Part shown: piece by piece, positions 9,182 to 19,800 of the stretch | How the letters are laid out: the number at the start of each line of letters is the position of its first letter | Numbering within the stretch: the first letter of the stretch is position 1 | From: Patescibacteria group bacterium | GTDB taxonomy: Bacteria; Patescibacteriota; Gracilibacteria; UM-FILTER-43-11 | Length of the DNA: 62,212 bases | NCBI GenBank assembly: GCA_029260955.1 | Contig: JAJDCF010000007.1 | Span: 1 to 62,212 of the forward strand | Direction of reading: 5' to 3' | Notes under the pieces: generated by a model | Told to the model about the DNA's origin: nothing | Databases searched by the model: none | Seen by the model: the letters and a program-made list of their open reading frames with translations, nothing else | Program-made: the position numbers and the translations under genes

Positions 9182-9727
9182 CTAGGCAGCTGCTGCTGGT
9201 GGAGTGCTTGAGGCTGCTGGTGCAGGTGCCGGTATATCGTTATCGTTTGCTGCAGCTTCTGATCCACCACCTCCACCGGGACCATAAATGTCCAATGTTC
9301 TATTTACACAGTTGCTTATTTTATCAAAAGCTTGGACTGCGGCTTTTCCCGGTATCTTTGCTGCTGCTACACCTGTATTGAAGGTGGTTTTTGCAGCTGC
9401 TACGGCTGTTGGAACAGGTGACACCATTACTTTTGCCACATTCTTACACATATTACCCATGCCCTTCATAGCTGTACAGACGCCTTTGACGGGTTGAAGT
9501 GTCACTATTTGTGTGCAGGCTTTAAGACTGTCTGTCACTGCGCCTACGGGTGCATCAACTAGTGCACTTAGTGCCTTCTTAGCCTCAATCGTAACGGAGC
9601 CACTACCTTTACATGTATCAATTACACCATTGCATGTATTTATAGCTGCTGATTTGACTGATTCAGCACTAGGTATAGCGCTTTCTGCTGCTTCTCTGGC
9701 TGTGTTTACGGCACTTCCAATACCCAT
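9182..9727 (-). CDS. Hypothetical Ala/Gly/Cys-rich protein (181 aa)
   Basis: No signal peptide. Eight Cys, a GGGGG tract and a PAPAPAASSTPPAAAA tail. Sits 2 nt downstream of the 95-aa ORF. Confidence 0.45.
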   Translation of the reverse strand: MGIGSAVNTAREAAESAIPSAESVKSAAINTCNGVIDTCKGSGSVTIEAKKALSALVDAPVGAVTDSLKACTQIVTLQPVKGVCTAMKGMGNMCKNVAKVMVSPVPTAVAAAKTTFNTGVAAAKIPGKAAVQAFDKISNCVNRTLDIYGPGGGGGSEAAANDNDIPAPAPAASSTPPAAAA

Positions 9728-9729
9728 TA

Positions 9730-10017
9730 TTATTTGAGTTTATTATAAATTGATTGAATTTTCAGCTCATCTTGTATACCAGTAAGAGATTCGGTATCTG
9801 TTGCAAGAGCTTTGTCAAAAACAGCCATGTCAGACTGCAAAGACTCCTCCCCTTCCTTTGCTAAAGCGTTTAGCTTATTTAGCTTATCGACTTCAGTTTC
9901 TGGTGTATTTTGAATAGCTACCTTCAGCATTTCAAAGTAATTTTGGTAGAGTTCCATGGTCGCTTTATAAAGCTCTTCCACGTCTGCCAGTGTTTGTTTT
10001 GCTGCAGTCAAATCCAT
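9730..10017 (-). CDS. Hypothetical small helical protein (95 aa)
   Basis: Composition predicted to be all helical or coiled-coil. Forms a two-gene unit with 9182-9727. Confidence 0.45.
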   Translation of the reverse strand: MDLTAAKQTLADVEELYKATMELYQNYFEMLKVAIQNTPETEVDKLNKLNALAKEGEESLQSDMAVFDKALATDTESLTGIQDELKIQSIYNKLK

Positions 10018-10236
10018 CTAAATATTTTACCATATTATGTATTTTGGGTCAATGATAGTTCCTTGCACAAACCTCAAAATAATGGCAAAATCCATACGAT
10101 CTAATGGACTCCCGCAATTCATGTTTATTCTTAGTCTTCTCTCATAAATAAGGACAAAGCAAATATTGAGGCTCGATTCGCCAGACATGCCAAGCTAGAT
10201 TCACAAGCTACTCCAAGCAATTCTGTTCCTACGGCA

Positions 10237-11313
10237 GTGCCACGGAAGTCACTTTTTGCTTGGCCAATCGACAAACTTCAGCGAATTATGGGGGTAGATT
10301 GCGAGAACTCCAGTATTTCCAGATTAGTTCGTAAAATGGTGGCCATCAGTGCAGCTTTTTTTGTCGTTAGCTCCTTTGGCCCAATGTACAGCCTTACCGA
10401 AGGGCATTTTCACTATGAAGATGCAGGATTTATCGAGTTTGCTGGCCAAGAGACGGACAACATACTCGCTGATATCATGACGGAGGACGGCTTTCTTCTT
10501 AAGCCTGCTCTGAACTCGACAGAAGGGGATCGCAGTACCGCTAGCGAGGTCTTTGCTTACGAGGTAGAGCCGGGTGACACTCTCTCTTCTTTGGCACAAC
10601 GTTTTGGCATCAAAAAGGAGACTTTGATCATGGAGAACAATCTATGGAATGCCAATAGTCTGCGAACAGGAATGACCATCAAAATCCTTCCTGTAGACGG
10701 CATTGCTCATGTGGTTAAAAAGGGTGATACAGTTGAAAAGATTGCCAAAAAATATAAGGTTGATGTTGAGACAATCGTTCGTCAAAATCAGTTGGAAGGG
10801 GAGGAAGTTTTACTTGCTGACTCAGCACTGATTATTCCTGGAGCAAAGAAGAGTGTCACTCCACCTAAAATTAACTATGGTGTAAGCGCACCTTCCAACC
10901 CAGCGATGTACAGTTATTCCGGTGGTGGAAGTGGGCGACTTATATGGCCGACATTGGGTAGCGCAAAATTGACTCAAGGCTTCCGTGGAGGCCACTATGC
11001 AATCGATATTGGTAATCGAGCTAAAGGTCCAATCTTTGCAGCTGCTGGAGGTAAGGTAATCAAGTCTGGGTATGGTTGGAATGGAGGCTATGGAAACTAC
11101 GTTATTCTCGATCATGGAAACGGAATGCAGACACTTTATGCTCACAACGAAAAGCTTTACGTGACCGAGGGGCAGTATGTTGACCAAGGGCAGACTCTAG
11201 CGTGGATGGGCCGCTCAGGACGTGTTTATGGACCTACCGGAATTCATCTCCACTTCGAAGTGCGCATTAATGGCGTCAAATATAATCCAATGAGCTTTTA
11301 CTGTAACCTTTAA
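10237..11313 (+). CDS. LysM-domain M23 family metallo-endopeptidase (cell-wall hydrolase)
   Basis: Two LysM repeats (YEVEPGDTLSSLAQRFGI..., HVVKKGDTVEKIAKKYKV...). M23 motifs HYAIDIG (HxxxD) and GIHLHFEV (HxH). The annotated start is GTG; internal ATG starts are possible. Confidence 0.88.
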   Translation: MPRKSLFAWPIDKLQRIMGVDCENSSISRLVRKMVAISAAFFVVSSFGPMYSLTEGHFHYEDAGFIEFAGQETDNILADIMTEDGFLLKPALNSTEGDRSTASEVFAYEVEPGDTLSSLAQRFGIKKETLIMENNLWNANSLRTGMTIKILPVDGIAHVVKKGDTVEKIAKKYKVDVETIVRQNQLEGEEVLLADSALIIPGAKKSVTPPKINYGVSAPSNPAMYSYSGGGSGRLIWPTLGSAKLTQGFRGGHYAIDIGNRAKGPIFAAAGGKVIKSGYGWNGGYGNYVILDHGNGMQTLYAHNEKLYVTEGQYVDQGQTLAWMGRSGRVYGPTGIHLHFEVRINGVKYNPMSFYCNL

Positions 11314-11504
11314 AAAAGGTTCCAGTACCTCCAAAATATCTGTATTCGCTCTAAATTTTCTTCGCCCAGCTTCGCAGCTTCCTTCACCGCACATGTCGCC
11401 TCACCCGCCTAAATTCTCTACTACTTTTTGTAGCTTTGCTCGTGTGGTCTAGTATACTCTTGGGTATATCGCGGGCTCGCAAAAATTTCTCACTCAGCTA
11501 TTGT

Positions 11505-11774
11505 ATGATGAAAGAAATCCTTCGATTTATTTGGCACATTCCACGAAATCTTTTTATGGGGTTTATTTGGCTATATCAAAAAACGCTTTCACCCGATCAC
11601 AGCTTTTGGGCAAAGGCGGTGAATATCAATGGTTACTGCAAATATCATCCGACTTGTAGTGCATATGCAAAAGAGGCCTTAAAAAAGCATGGGTTTCTTA
11701 AGGGCATGTTCAAAGGAATCCATCGCATTGGGCGCTGTAATCCTTGGTCAGATGGGGGAGTGGATAGGCCTTGA
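11505..11774 (+). CDS. yidD: Membrane protein insertion efficiency factor YidD
   Basis: YQKTLSP...[15 protein letters not shown]...[10 protein letters not shown] matches the YidD signature. I placed the start at the ATG at 11505; the ORF track extends to a TTG at 11436. Confidence 0.85.
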   Translation: MMKEILRFIWHIPRNLFMGFIWLYQKTLSPDHSFWAKAVNINGYCKYHPTCSAYAKEALKKHGFLKGMFKGIHRIGRCNPWSDGGVDRP

Positions 11775-12188
11775 TTAGGCAATGGCAGATAGGGGAAGCT
11801 CTCTACTTTTCAAAGCTTTGCGATCGAGCTTCGTGGGTATGGAATCTATAAGGTCATTAAGCTCGCCACGCTTGATCCCCATTTTTTCTGCGTCATCAAT
11901 AAAGGCAAAGACTTCAAAATAATCCTCTTTCCCTAGACTCTGCTTTAGTTTGCTAAGAATATCATCTATTTTTTCTTGTTTAAGTGTGGCTTTCGCTTCC
12001 TTTCTGGCATTTTCGATGTGATCTCCTAGTTTCTGTTCAGGTTCTGTCCTTTCGTTGGCCATTGCCCTAATCCAAAGCTTGGCCGTTTCCTGGTTCATTT
12101 TTGGAAATTTATTACGAAGAAATTCAACAGTTGCTTCTTCAGCTGCCTGCTTCTCGGTCAAAGGGCGCGGTAGGTTTGTTTTAGACAT
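11775..12188 (-). CDS. Hypothetical protein (137 aa)
   Basis: ORF only. Charged and helical. No motif recognised. Confidence 0.4.
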   Translation of the reverse strand: MSKTNLPRPLTEKQAAEEATVEFLRNKFPKMNQETAKLWIRAMANERTEPEQKLGDHIENARKEAKATLKQEKIDDILSKLKQSLGKEDYFEVFAFIDDAEKMGIKRGELNDLIDSIPTKLDRKALKSRELPLSAIA

Positions 12189-12259
12189 TTTATTTTTGGT
12201 TATTGTTTTGGCCCAAAGGGCCCCCTTTGGGGTTTTAGTCCTCGCTTCCGACGAGAATA

Positions 12260-13984
12260 CTAAGAAGTTGGTTGAACATCTTCTGTTGGGTTATTTAGGT
12301 TTATATTTTGGTCAGGTTGTACTACTTGTGGTGCTTCAGGCATTTCGGGTGTAGGAGGATTTTGCTCTGGTTCTTGCGGAGCAGGTGGAATTTCTTTTGG
12401 TGCTTCAGGCTGTGGCGTTGGTTCTGGAGTAGGTTGCGCTTCAGGCTGAGGTTGTACGTCCTGCTTTTTAGGTTGTCCTTCTTGAAACTTATATTCTGTC
12501 TTTGGCTTCCTGTTTCTTGACCTCTTGCGCTTTGGTTTTTGCACATTTGGCTGAGTTTCGGGCTGAGCTTTAGGTTGAGCAGGAGTTTCTTCAGTTTTCT
12601 CATTCTTCGGAGTACGTTCATCTTTAAAGTCCAAATACTGAGAAGTGGTTGGCCCTTTTTTGGATGTTTTAACTTCTTCTACTTCTTTCTTTTGTACTGG
12701 CTCAGGAACTTGCTCAACAGTGTCATCCTTTCCGGCTTCCCCTGCAGATTCAGTTTTTTCTGTTGTCTCCTGCTTCGCCCCATCTGCACTCTGGGAATCA
12801 AGGGGTTTATCTTCAGGGTGAATGTTCAACCTGTTGCCTTGGTATTCTCTAACTTTAGTTAGAGTATCGTTGATTAGCTGTTCTAGGTTATTGCTGTCAC
12901 GCATCTTAAAGCCAGCGGCTCTCACATGGCCTCCACCACCATTTTCCTGACAAATCTTGCCCACATCCACACTGTTGGTTGTAGAACGCATGCTAACCGA
13001 AACAAAACCCTCGTCGTTATATTTGAAGAGCATGATCAGTTCAGCACCGGGAGCATTAGAAAGTAGGTCGTCAATAATGGACTCGCTTTCTTCCGAAGAT
13101 GCTCCAGATTCCTCTAGATCATGCTTGCTTATACTGGACCAAACCAGGCGATAAATGGGGTCGGTTTCTACCTTAGAAAGCACACTACCCCATAGCTTAA
13201 GGGTGCTCAGCTTCTTTGTCTTATATATGTTCTTGATGATTTCTTGCTGTCGTGCGCCCCTGTCCAGAAGCTTGGCAGCTGTTTCCATGGCATGCGGCGA
13301 AGTATTGGCATGTTGAAAACTGCCTGTGTCGGTAATCAGACCAGCTAAAAGTAGAGTTGCAATGTCTTCGTTGATGTACTTCTTTTGGTATTTCTTCTCC
13401 ATTTCCTCTAGTAGTCCAAGCAATACCTCGGTGGTACTGGCTGCTACCATATCTACCAAATTAATCGTTCCAAAATCAGTGTTACTGGCATGATGATCGA
13501 CATTTATAATTGGCACTTTAAAGAAAAGCTCCGAGTTTTGATCATAAATGGGTCCCAAATGTTCTAGGTTGCCTGTGTCAAAGGTCATGATTAAATCAAA
13601 ACTTCCAACTTCGTGATCGAAGCTTACATCTTCGGGTTTAAAGTGGCCCTTTGAGGGTGTTACAACTATATTCACACTATTCTTATCTTCAGCCAACTTA
13701 TACTTAATCTTATTTAGAGGGGTTCCGCTGATATCCAGTGTGATTACGAAATTCTTTGAAGTGATTGAATTTTGCACCACATTAATAGATGGCAGGAAGC
13801 TGAGGTTATCGGGGGCAGGATCGTTGGTTGCGGCTACGACTTCCTTGCCCAAGCTCTGAAGAACCTGGTACATACTAATCATGGAGCCTAGCCCATCACA
13901 GTCGGCTTTGGCGTGAGTCAGAAGCAGAATGCTCTGGCTTTTATCGATGAGGTTGAAGATTTGATCCTTTAAGTTTGGGTCCAT
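12260..13984 (-). CDS. nrnA: DHH/DHHA1 phosphoesterase (NrnA-like nanoRNase/pAp phosphatase) with a roughly 180-aa Pro/Glu/Gln/Lys-rich C-terminal tail
   Basis: DCDGLGS (DxD), NVDHHASN (DHH) and GGGGHVRAAGF (DHHA1) motifs. The tail (about 12263-12830) is low complexity. Confidence 0.85.
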   Translation of the reverse strand: MDPNLKDQIFNLIDKSQSILLLTHAKADCDGLGSMISMYQVLQSLGKEVVAATNDPAPDNLSFLPSINVVQNSITSKNFVITLDISGTPLNKIKYKLAEDKNSVNIVVTPSKGHFKPEDVSFDHEVGSFDLIMTFDTGNLEHLGPIYDQNSELFFKVPIINVDHHASNTDFGTINLVDMVAASTTEVLLGLLEEMEKKYQKKYINEDIATLLLAGLITDTGSFQHANTSPHAMETAAKLLDRGARQQEIIKNIYKTKKLSTLKLWGSVLSKVETDPIYRLVWSSISKHDLEESGASSEESESIIDDLLSNAPGAELIMLFKYNDEGFVSVSMRSTTNSVDVGKICQENGGGGHVRAAGFKMRDSNNLEQLINDTLTKVREYQGNRLNIHPEDKPLDSQSADGAKQETTEKTESAGEAGKDDTVEQVPEPVQKKEVEEVKTSKKGPTTSQYLDFKDERTPKNEKTEETPAQPKAQPETQPNVQKPKRKRSRNRKPKTEYKFQEGQPKKQDVQPQPEAQPTPEPTPQPEAPKEIPPAPQEPEQNPPTPEMPEAPQVVQPDQNINLNNPTEDVQPTS

Positions 13985-14111
13985 AGAGATATTAGTGTAG
14001 AAGATATATTATAAAATAATTTACGTGTTTTGTACAATTTCACTAGGTCAATGCTTAATTATAAAACATATTAAAAAATATGTCAAGTATTTTGATATCT
14101 TTTTTTGTTAT

Positions 14112-15449
14112 TTAGGTGGCAGACAAGTAGTCTTCACCAATTTTGTATACATCTCCTGCGCCCATAGTAACGGCAAGATCACCCTTTTTTAATTCTTTTT
14201 TGAGTGTTTCTAGGGTTTTTTCAGCATTTTCACCCCAACGACAGTTAGAATGTTGTTTGCTTATGGCTTTTACCAATTTTTCGGCAGAGATTTTAGCTTT
14301 ATCTTCATCTGTGTCGCGTGCCTCAAAAATATTCGGAATAATTACCATATCAGCATCACCAAAAGCATTAGCAAAATGATCTAGTAGTTCGTGCGTGCGA
14401 GAGTACTGATGTGGCTGAAAAATGCAGATCAGTCTTCTGCCGGGATTGGCTTCTTTAAGAGCTTTAAGGGTTGCGCGTACTTCTGTTGGGTGATGTCCAT
14501 AATCATCCATGATCAGTGCTCCATTTTTTTCGCCTTTTTTCTCCAGTCGCCTAGCTGTTCCGGAGAAGTTTTGCAGACCATTTCGTACACCGTGCATGTT
14601 TTTGGTTATTTGTTTGGCAGCTTCTAAAGCATGGGCGGCGTTCATTTGATTGAATTCGCCGGGTACATTTAGACTGAGATTTTTGCTTGCTGCTGATGCA
14701 ACAGGAAGCTTTTTGCCTTTGTATGATTCGCTGATTAACCGGCAATTTTCATCCTCCTCGTTATAAACCAAAAATCCATCTTCCGGTATTTTTGAAACCA
14801 ATTCCTGATAGGCAGAAAGATAATCTGCTTCACTTTTGTAATAATCCACATGTTCCAGTTCGCAGTTCAAAAGCACTACTCCGAATGGTTGAAAGTGCAA
14901 AAAGGAGCGCCTGTATTCGCAGCCCTCTGCCACTAGCCACTGACTATGACCAATCTGAATATTCCTATTTTCAAAGGTAGGCACCCTACTGCCGACTATT
15001 ACTGTTGGATCTTCACCAGCTTTAATAAGTGCCAGGCCTAGCATGGCAGTGGTTGTAGTTTTGCCATGAGTTCCTGCTATTACAATCGTCTTTTTGTGAG
15101 TGGATAGTTGCCCCAGGGCTTCAAAGTAACTCAAAGTCGAAATTTCACGTTTGTTGGCTTCCAAGAATTCAGGATTCTCTTTTTTGTCTATGGCCTCGGA
15201 GTAAATAACCAGCTCACATAGCTCACTCAAATTATCCTTACTATGTCCGATGTGAATTTGTACCCCCTCCTTTTCCAGCTTTTCCGTGGTCGGATTTGGT
15301 GCAATGTCAGAGCCACTCACTTTGATTCCATGAGCTATAGCCATATAGGCAAGTGCGCTAATGCCGCTTCCGCCAACCCCTATAAAATGTATGTGTCGAA
15401 AATTGTCTAACATATTTAGTTCAGGTAACATGTTAGCATTATGATGCAA
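14112..15449 (-). CDS. murC: UDP-N-acetylmuramate--L-alanine ligase
   Basis: HFIGVGGSGISALA and GTHGKTTTTAM P-loop. Length 445 aa. The true start is probably an internal Met (15431 or 15413), which would remove the 9-nt head-to-head overlap with 15441-15914. Confidence 0.93.
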   Translation of the reverse strand: MHHNANMLPELNMLDNFRHIHFIGVGGSGISALAYMAIAHGIKVSGSDIAPNPTTEKLEKEGVQIHIGHSKDNLSELCELVIYSEAIDKKENPEFLEANKREISTLSYFEALGQLSTHKKTIVIAGTHGKTTTTAMLGLALIKAGEDPTVIVGSRVPTFENRNIQIGHSQWLVAEGCEYRRSFLHFQPFGVVLLNCELEHVDYYKSEADYLSAYQELVSKIPEDGFLVYNEEDENCRLISESYKGKKLPVASAASKNLSLNVPGEFNQMNAAHALEAAKQITKNMHGVRNGLQNFSGTARRLEKKGEKNGALIMDDYGHHPTEVRATLKALKEANPGRRLICIFQPHQYSRTHELLDHFANAFGDADMVIIPNIFEARDTDEDKAKISAEKLVKAISKQHSNCRWGENAEKTLETLKKELKKGDLAVTMGAGDVYKIGEDYLSAT

Positions 15450-15914
15450 AAAAAGTCATTCACATTTCAGCTATTTATTATGGGCGGCTTCTTCTTCTTT
15501 TTCTATATGTTCTTTGCACTCGCCACCTCTATTTATCGTGATTACAAATTAGAGACTGAAATTGAAACATTTGAGGACGTCATTAATGATCTTGCAGATA
15601 GGGCGAATCAGAAGCCATCAGACTTGAAATATTTACAGTCTGATGAGTACAAAGATCGCTATGCTAAGGAAAATCTTAACCTGCTGAATCCAGGGGAAAA
15701 GCTGATTATTTTGCCGGACCCAAAGCAGAATGTGGAACAAGGTCCAGTTGAATTAATGACTGACATACTGTCGCCTAATTCTGTTTTAAACAAGCCGAAT
15801 AATCAACAATGGTGGGGGTACTTTTTTGGGCAAACCTTGTCAGTTGATACTACAACCAATAATGTTCCTAATCGCTTCTTTGAGCCTGAAGAGTCTGAGC
15901 CTATTGAGAGCTGA
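15441..15914 (+). CDS. Septum formation initiator (FtsB/DivIC-like)
   Basis: N-terminal TM helix, a coiled-coil segment, then DEYKDRYAKENLNLLNPGEKLIIL, which resembles the conserved FtsB/DivIC C-terminal motif. Confidence 0.6.
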   Translation: MMQKKSFTFQLFIMGGFFFFFYMFFALATSIYRDYKLETEIETFEDVINDLADRANQKPSDLKYLQSDEYKDRYAKENLNLLNPGEKLIILPDPKQNVEQGPVELMTDILSPNSVLNKPNNQQWWGYFFGQTLSVDTTTNNVPNRFFEPEESEPIES

Positions 15915-15918
15915 GTCA

Positions 15919-16153
15919 TCTACCCCTCATTAGGTTGGTGTCATTCAACCTGCTTCGCTCCTACTCGGTCTAGTCTATCATTAGGGGTGTATGCTATTCG
16001 CCCAATATGGCCTTGGCCATCTACCCATCCTAAAACTGGTGTCACCTTTTACAGCTTCGCTGATCTAATCGACAAGGTGGCATTCTACCCTATTAAGTTG
16101 GTGTCATCCCTTGTGCTATTCGCCCAATATGGCCTTGGCCATCAAGGGGTGTA
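15919..16153. repeat. Cluster of direct repeats abutting the 3' end of tRNA-fMet
   Basis: 29-bp perfect direct repeat GCTATTCGCCCAATATGGCCTTGGCCATC at 15993-16021 and 16115-16143. Three copies of TCTACCC..(N)..GGTGTCA at about 15919, 16020 and 16084. GGGGTGTATG occurs at 15984-15993 and 16146-16155. Confidence 0.8.
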
Positions 16154-16228
<75 letters not shown>

Positions 16229-16233
16229 AAGGG

Positions 16234-16261
16234 ATTATACGGATTTGCGGTTTGAAATCAA
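16234..16261 (-). promoter_or_regulatory. Sigma70-type promoter for tRNA-fMet
   Basis: On the minus strand: TTGATT (16261-16256), 16-nt spacer, TATAAT (16239-16234). Only 5 nt separate the -10 hexamer from tRNA position 1 (16228). Confidence 0.55.
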
Positions 16262-16861
16262 ACAAAAACGACAAAAAGCTTCTGCGGATTGTCAAATTTG
16301 ACGACCTGTCTAGCTTGACATAGTTTAAGCTTTATTATTGGACAGAATGTCCTGCATAACATTTTGTTTTTTGTGCAAGTCTAAATGTGAAACAAATGTC
16401 TATTAATACAGTTATATATGGCGAACATGAAGGAATTCTGATAATCTTTCGGAGAGTAATTAAAAGTTAGGAAAAGGCTTAGTATAAGCCCTGCAGACAT
16501 GGAAAGTAGACATGGCCCCATCTTCTAAAATGGTGGCGTCGTGCCTGCGAGTCATGCTATCCCTACGTCTAGCTTTGGCTAAGACAAATGGGTTTGTATG
16601 AGGCGCTGATCATTAACAGCATAGGAGGTAGACACGGGATCTAATGTCTATCTAAACATTATAAAAATAAGAATTAATTTTTCTTATCCAAATCTTGGCC
16701 AATATTATTGGTCACTTAGGTTCGATATAAAACTCGGACTTATACCTATTATATATAGCGAGGTCACTTAGGCTCCTTTGTTAATGGCAATGGAAAGCCA
16801 CCAAATAATATAGATTTCGCGATTTATAAGAACTTTTATTTATTTTATACCCATACAAATT

Positions 16862-19800
16862 ATGGATATTGCTCTTAGGTTGAAAAGAGTTGTAGCTACT
16901 GTTGCTGCTGGTGCACTTTTTGCATCATCTGCCGGTATTGCTATGGCTCAGACATTCAACGACGTTGGTACCGATGCATGGTACTACGATTACGTTGAAC
17001 AACTAGTAGGCGATGGTGTCATCGATGTTGCTGACACATACCGACCTGCTGACGCACTCAACCGTGCGGAACTTGTAAAGATTGCTATTACTGCAATCGA
17101 CGGACTAGCTGGATACGAAGCTCCTGCTACTCCTACTTTTGACGATGTACCTGCTGATGCTTGGTTCTTCGATTATATCGAGGCCGGTGTACAGCTTGGC
17201 ATTGTTAACGGTTATACCGACGCTAACGGAAACCTTACTGGTTTCTTCGGCCCTGGCGACATGGTAAACCGTGCTGCTTCTACAAAGATCCTTGTTAATG
17301 CATTTAGCGTTCCAACTGATCTAGACCCAGCTTCTGTTTTTCCAGACGTAATGTCTGCTGACTGGTTCCATGATTACGTTCTTACCGCTTATAACCAATC
17401 TGTTCTAGATGGTTATGACAATGGATACTTTGGCCCAGCTGATGCTGTTACCCGCGCTCAAGTTGCAAAACTTGTCGTCAACTCTCAGAACCCTGTAGAA
17501 AGAATGGTTTCTGGTGAAGGCGAAGGCGAAGGCGAAGGCGAAGGTGAGCCATCATCTGAGGGAGACCTTGAGGTTTCTCTAAACGATGATACAGCCTCTT
17601 CTTCTACACTTTCTCTAAGTGCTAACGGTGTAGCTGTAGCATCTTTTGATTTCACTGCTGATCAAGACGACGTTTATGTTTCTAACCTCGTTCTTACTCG
17701 TGGTGGTGTAGGTCAAGCTGCTGACTGGCAGAATCTTTACGTTTACGATGGTTCTCAACGTTTGACCACTGGTCGTACTGTTAATAACGACACTAACACA
17801 GCTACCTTCCCTCTCAAATTGACTGTAGAGGCTGGTACTACTACAACTGTTACTCTAGTTGGTGACGTTTCTTCTACTGCTGGTGCTTCAAGTCAACACT
17901 ACTTCTATGTAGCTTCTGCTGCTAACGTAACAAGCAACGCTCAATCTGTTGCTGGTGACTTCCCTGTAGCTGGTAACACCTTCACAATGGGTGGTGCCAA
18001 CACAGTTGTTAACTCTGTTACTGTTACTGCTGGAACTGCTCCTCCAATTGTAACTATTGGTGAGCAGGATGCTGAGATTGCTAGCGTTCGTCTTGCTGCT
18101 GGTTCTACTAACGATATCGCTGTTCATCAGTTTGCTTTCACTAACGGAGGATCTCTTTCTTCTGCTAAAATGGTCAATCTACGACTTCTTCGTGGAACTG
18201 ACGAGGTAGCTACTGCTGATGGATTTGTAGGTGATGTTGTTACTTTTGTACTCGACACTCCTTATGTAATTCAGGATGGTCAAACTAAGACTTTCTATGT
18301 TCGTGCAGATATTGACGGTGGTCGAACCACTGACAACATCATCATGTATCTTGACGAAAACACTGATCTGATTGCTGTTGATCAGCAATATGGTTTCGGT
18401 GCTTCTGTCACTAACACATTTGCTCGTGTTAACGCTAATACCGTTGCACTTGAAGGTGGTGATGTAACTGTTGTTGATAACGGTCCTGCTGCAACTCAAA
18501 TTGCTCAGAATGCTACCAACATCGAACTTTTGAACTTCTCTGTTACTACTGCTAGAGACCTAACTGTACGTGATACTTTCATCCAGCTAGACATCCAAGA
18601 TGCTGCTGGTAATGGTCCAACTCTACCTGTAACTGGTACTGGTGTTGTTGCTACTGGTGATGGTGGTTTTGCTGATGATAGTTCTATATTCTGTATGCTT
18701 GATGCTCCAGCTGCAACCTTTGCACTTGGTGACATGATTCAGATGACAGCTACTTCTGGTACTGTTTATGGAATTGTTGATGCTATTACTAACTCTGGAA
18801 CTTGTGGTGCTGGTGCAAATACTGAAATCCAGACCAATTTAGCTGCAGGTGATGCCGTTGCTGATGGCTCTACTGTTACTGAAGTTGATCCTTACGATTA
18901 CGTTAGGAATCTAAAATTGGTTGATCTTGATGCTACTACTACTTTGGCTGGTCCTTTGACTGATGCTAATACAGGTGCAACTTTGGTTCCTAACCAGAGT
19001 ACTGGTTTTGCAACTGCTGAATCTTACAGCAGAGTTCACACCGAGGATTACGAATTCACCGGTGGTGAAACTCGTCATCTTTCTGTTCAGTCAGATCTAA
19101 ACCTAAACATGGCTTCTGGTTACCAGATACGTGCTCGCGTTAGATTCTCTGATGGTGGAACTACTTCTTACATCAAGGATGACGCTGCTAACGAGTTTGT
19201 AGCTAGTTCTGCAATTATCGGTGCTGGTACTACTGCACTTGCTGGTAATTTCATGACTACTGCTCAGAACAGCCTAGCTGTTGCTCTTGCTTCTACTCCT
19301 ACTTCACAAAGTTATGTGAAGGGTGATACAGATGTTCCTTCTTTGGGTGTTGCACTTACAGCCGGTGATGCTGGAGATGTAACTCTAAAGCGTCTAACAG
19401 TTCGTGTTTACGCTGATTCTGGTACTGTCTTTGGTGGTACTGGTCCTGGTGAAGGTGATACTGCTGCTAATACACTTGTTTCTAGCGTAACTCTTTACGA
19501 TGGTAACGATGTTGTAGCAGGTCCTAAGAGTATTAGCCTAGTTGATACTAACGTTGCTGGCTTTGTCGCTGACACTGCTGACTACTATCGAGCTCAGTTT
19601 GATGACATCAACATGGTCATCACTAAGGGTGCTACAAAGACTCTAACTGCTAAGGTAAACCTTCTTAACACAGCTACTGTACAAAGTTACATCGCTGTTG
19701 ATGTACTTCCATCTGCTGATATCCTTGTTGAGGATTCTGATGCTAATACCATCACAGCTACTGGAGGTCAGCTTAACCTTGCTGGTGCTCACGTTCCATT

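Noticed and set aside
15993-16143. Possible mini-CRISPR formed by the 29-bp direct repeat
   Set aside because: There are only two copies, separated by 93 bp that itself contains other repeats. No cas genes are present and no regular repeat-spacer periodicity exists.
16400-16650. A known housekeeping RNA (RNase P RNA, tmRNA, SRP RNA, 6S) in the long gap upstream of the S-layer gene
   Set aside because: I found no tRNA-like T-arm/CCA end, no GGAAAGUCCGG-type P4 element and no SRP domain IV motif. It is kept only as a possible structured leader.
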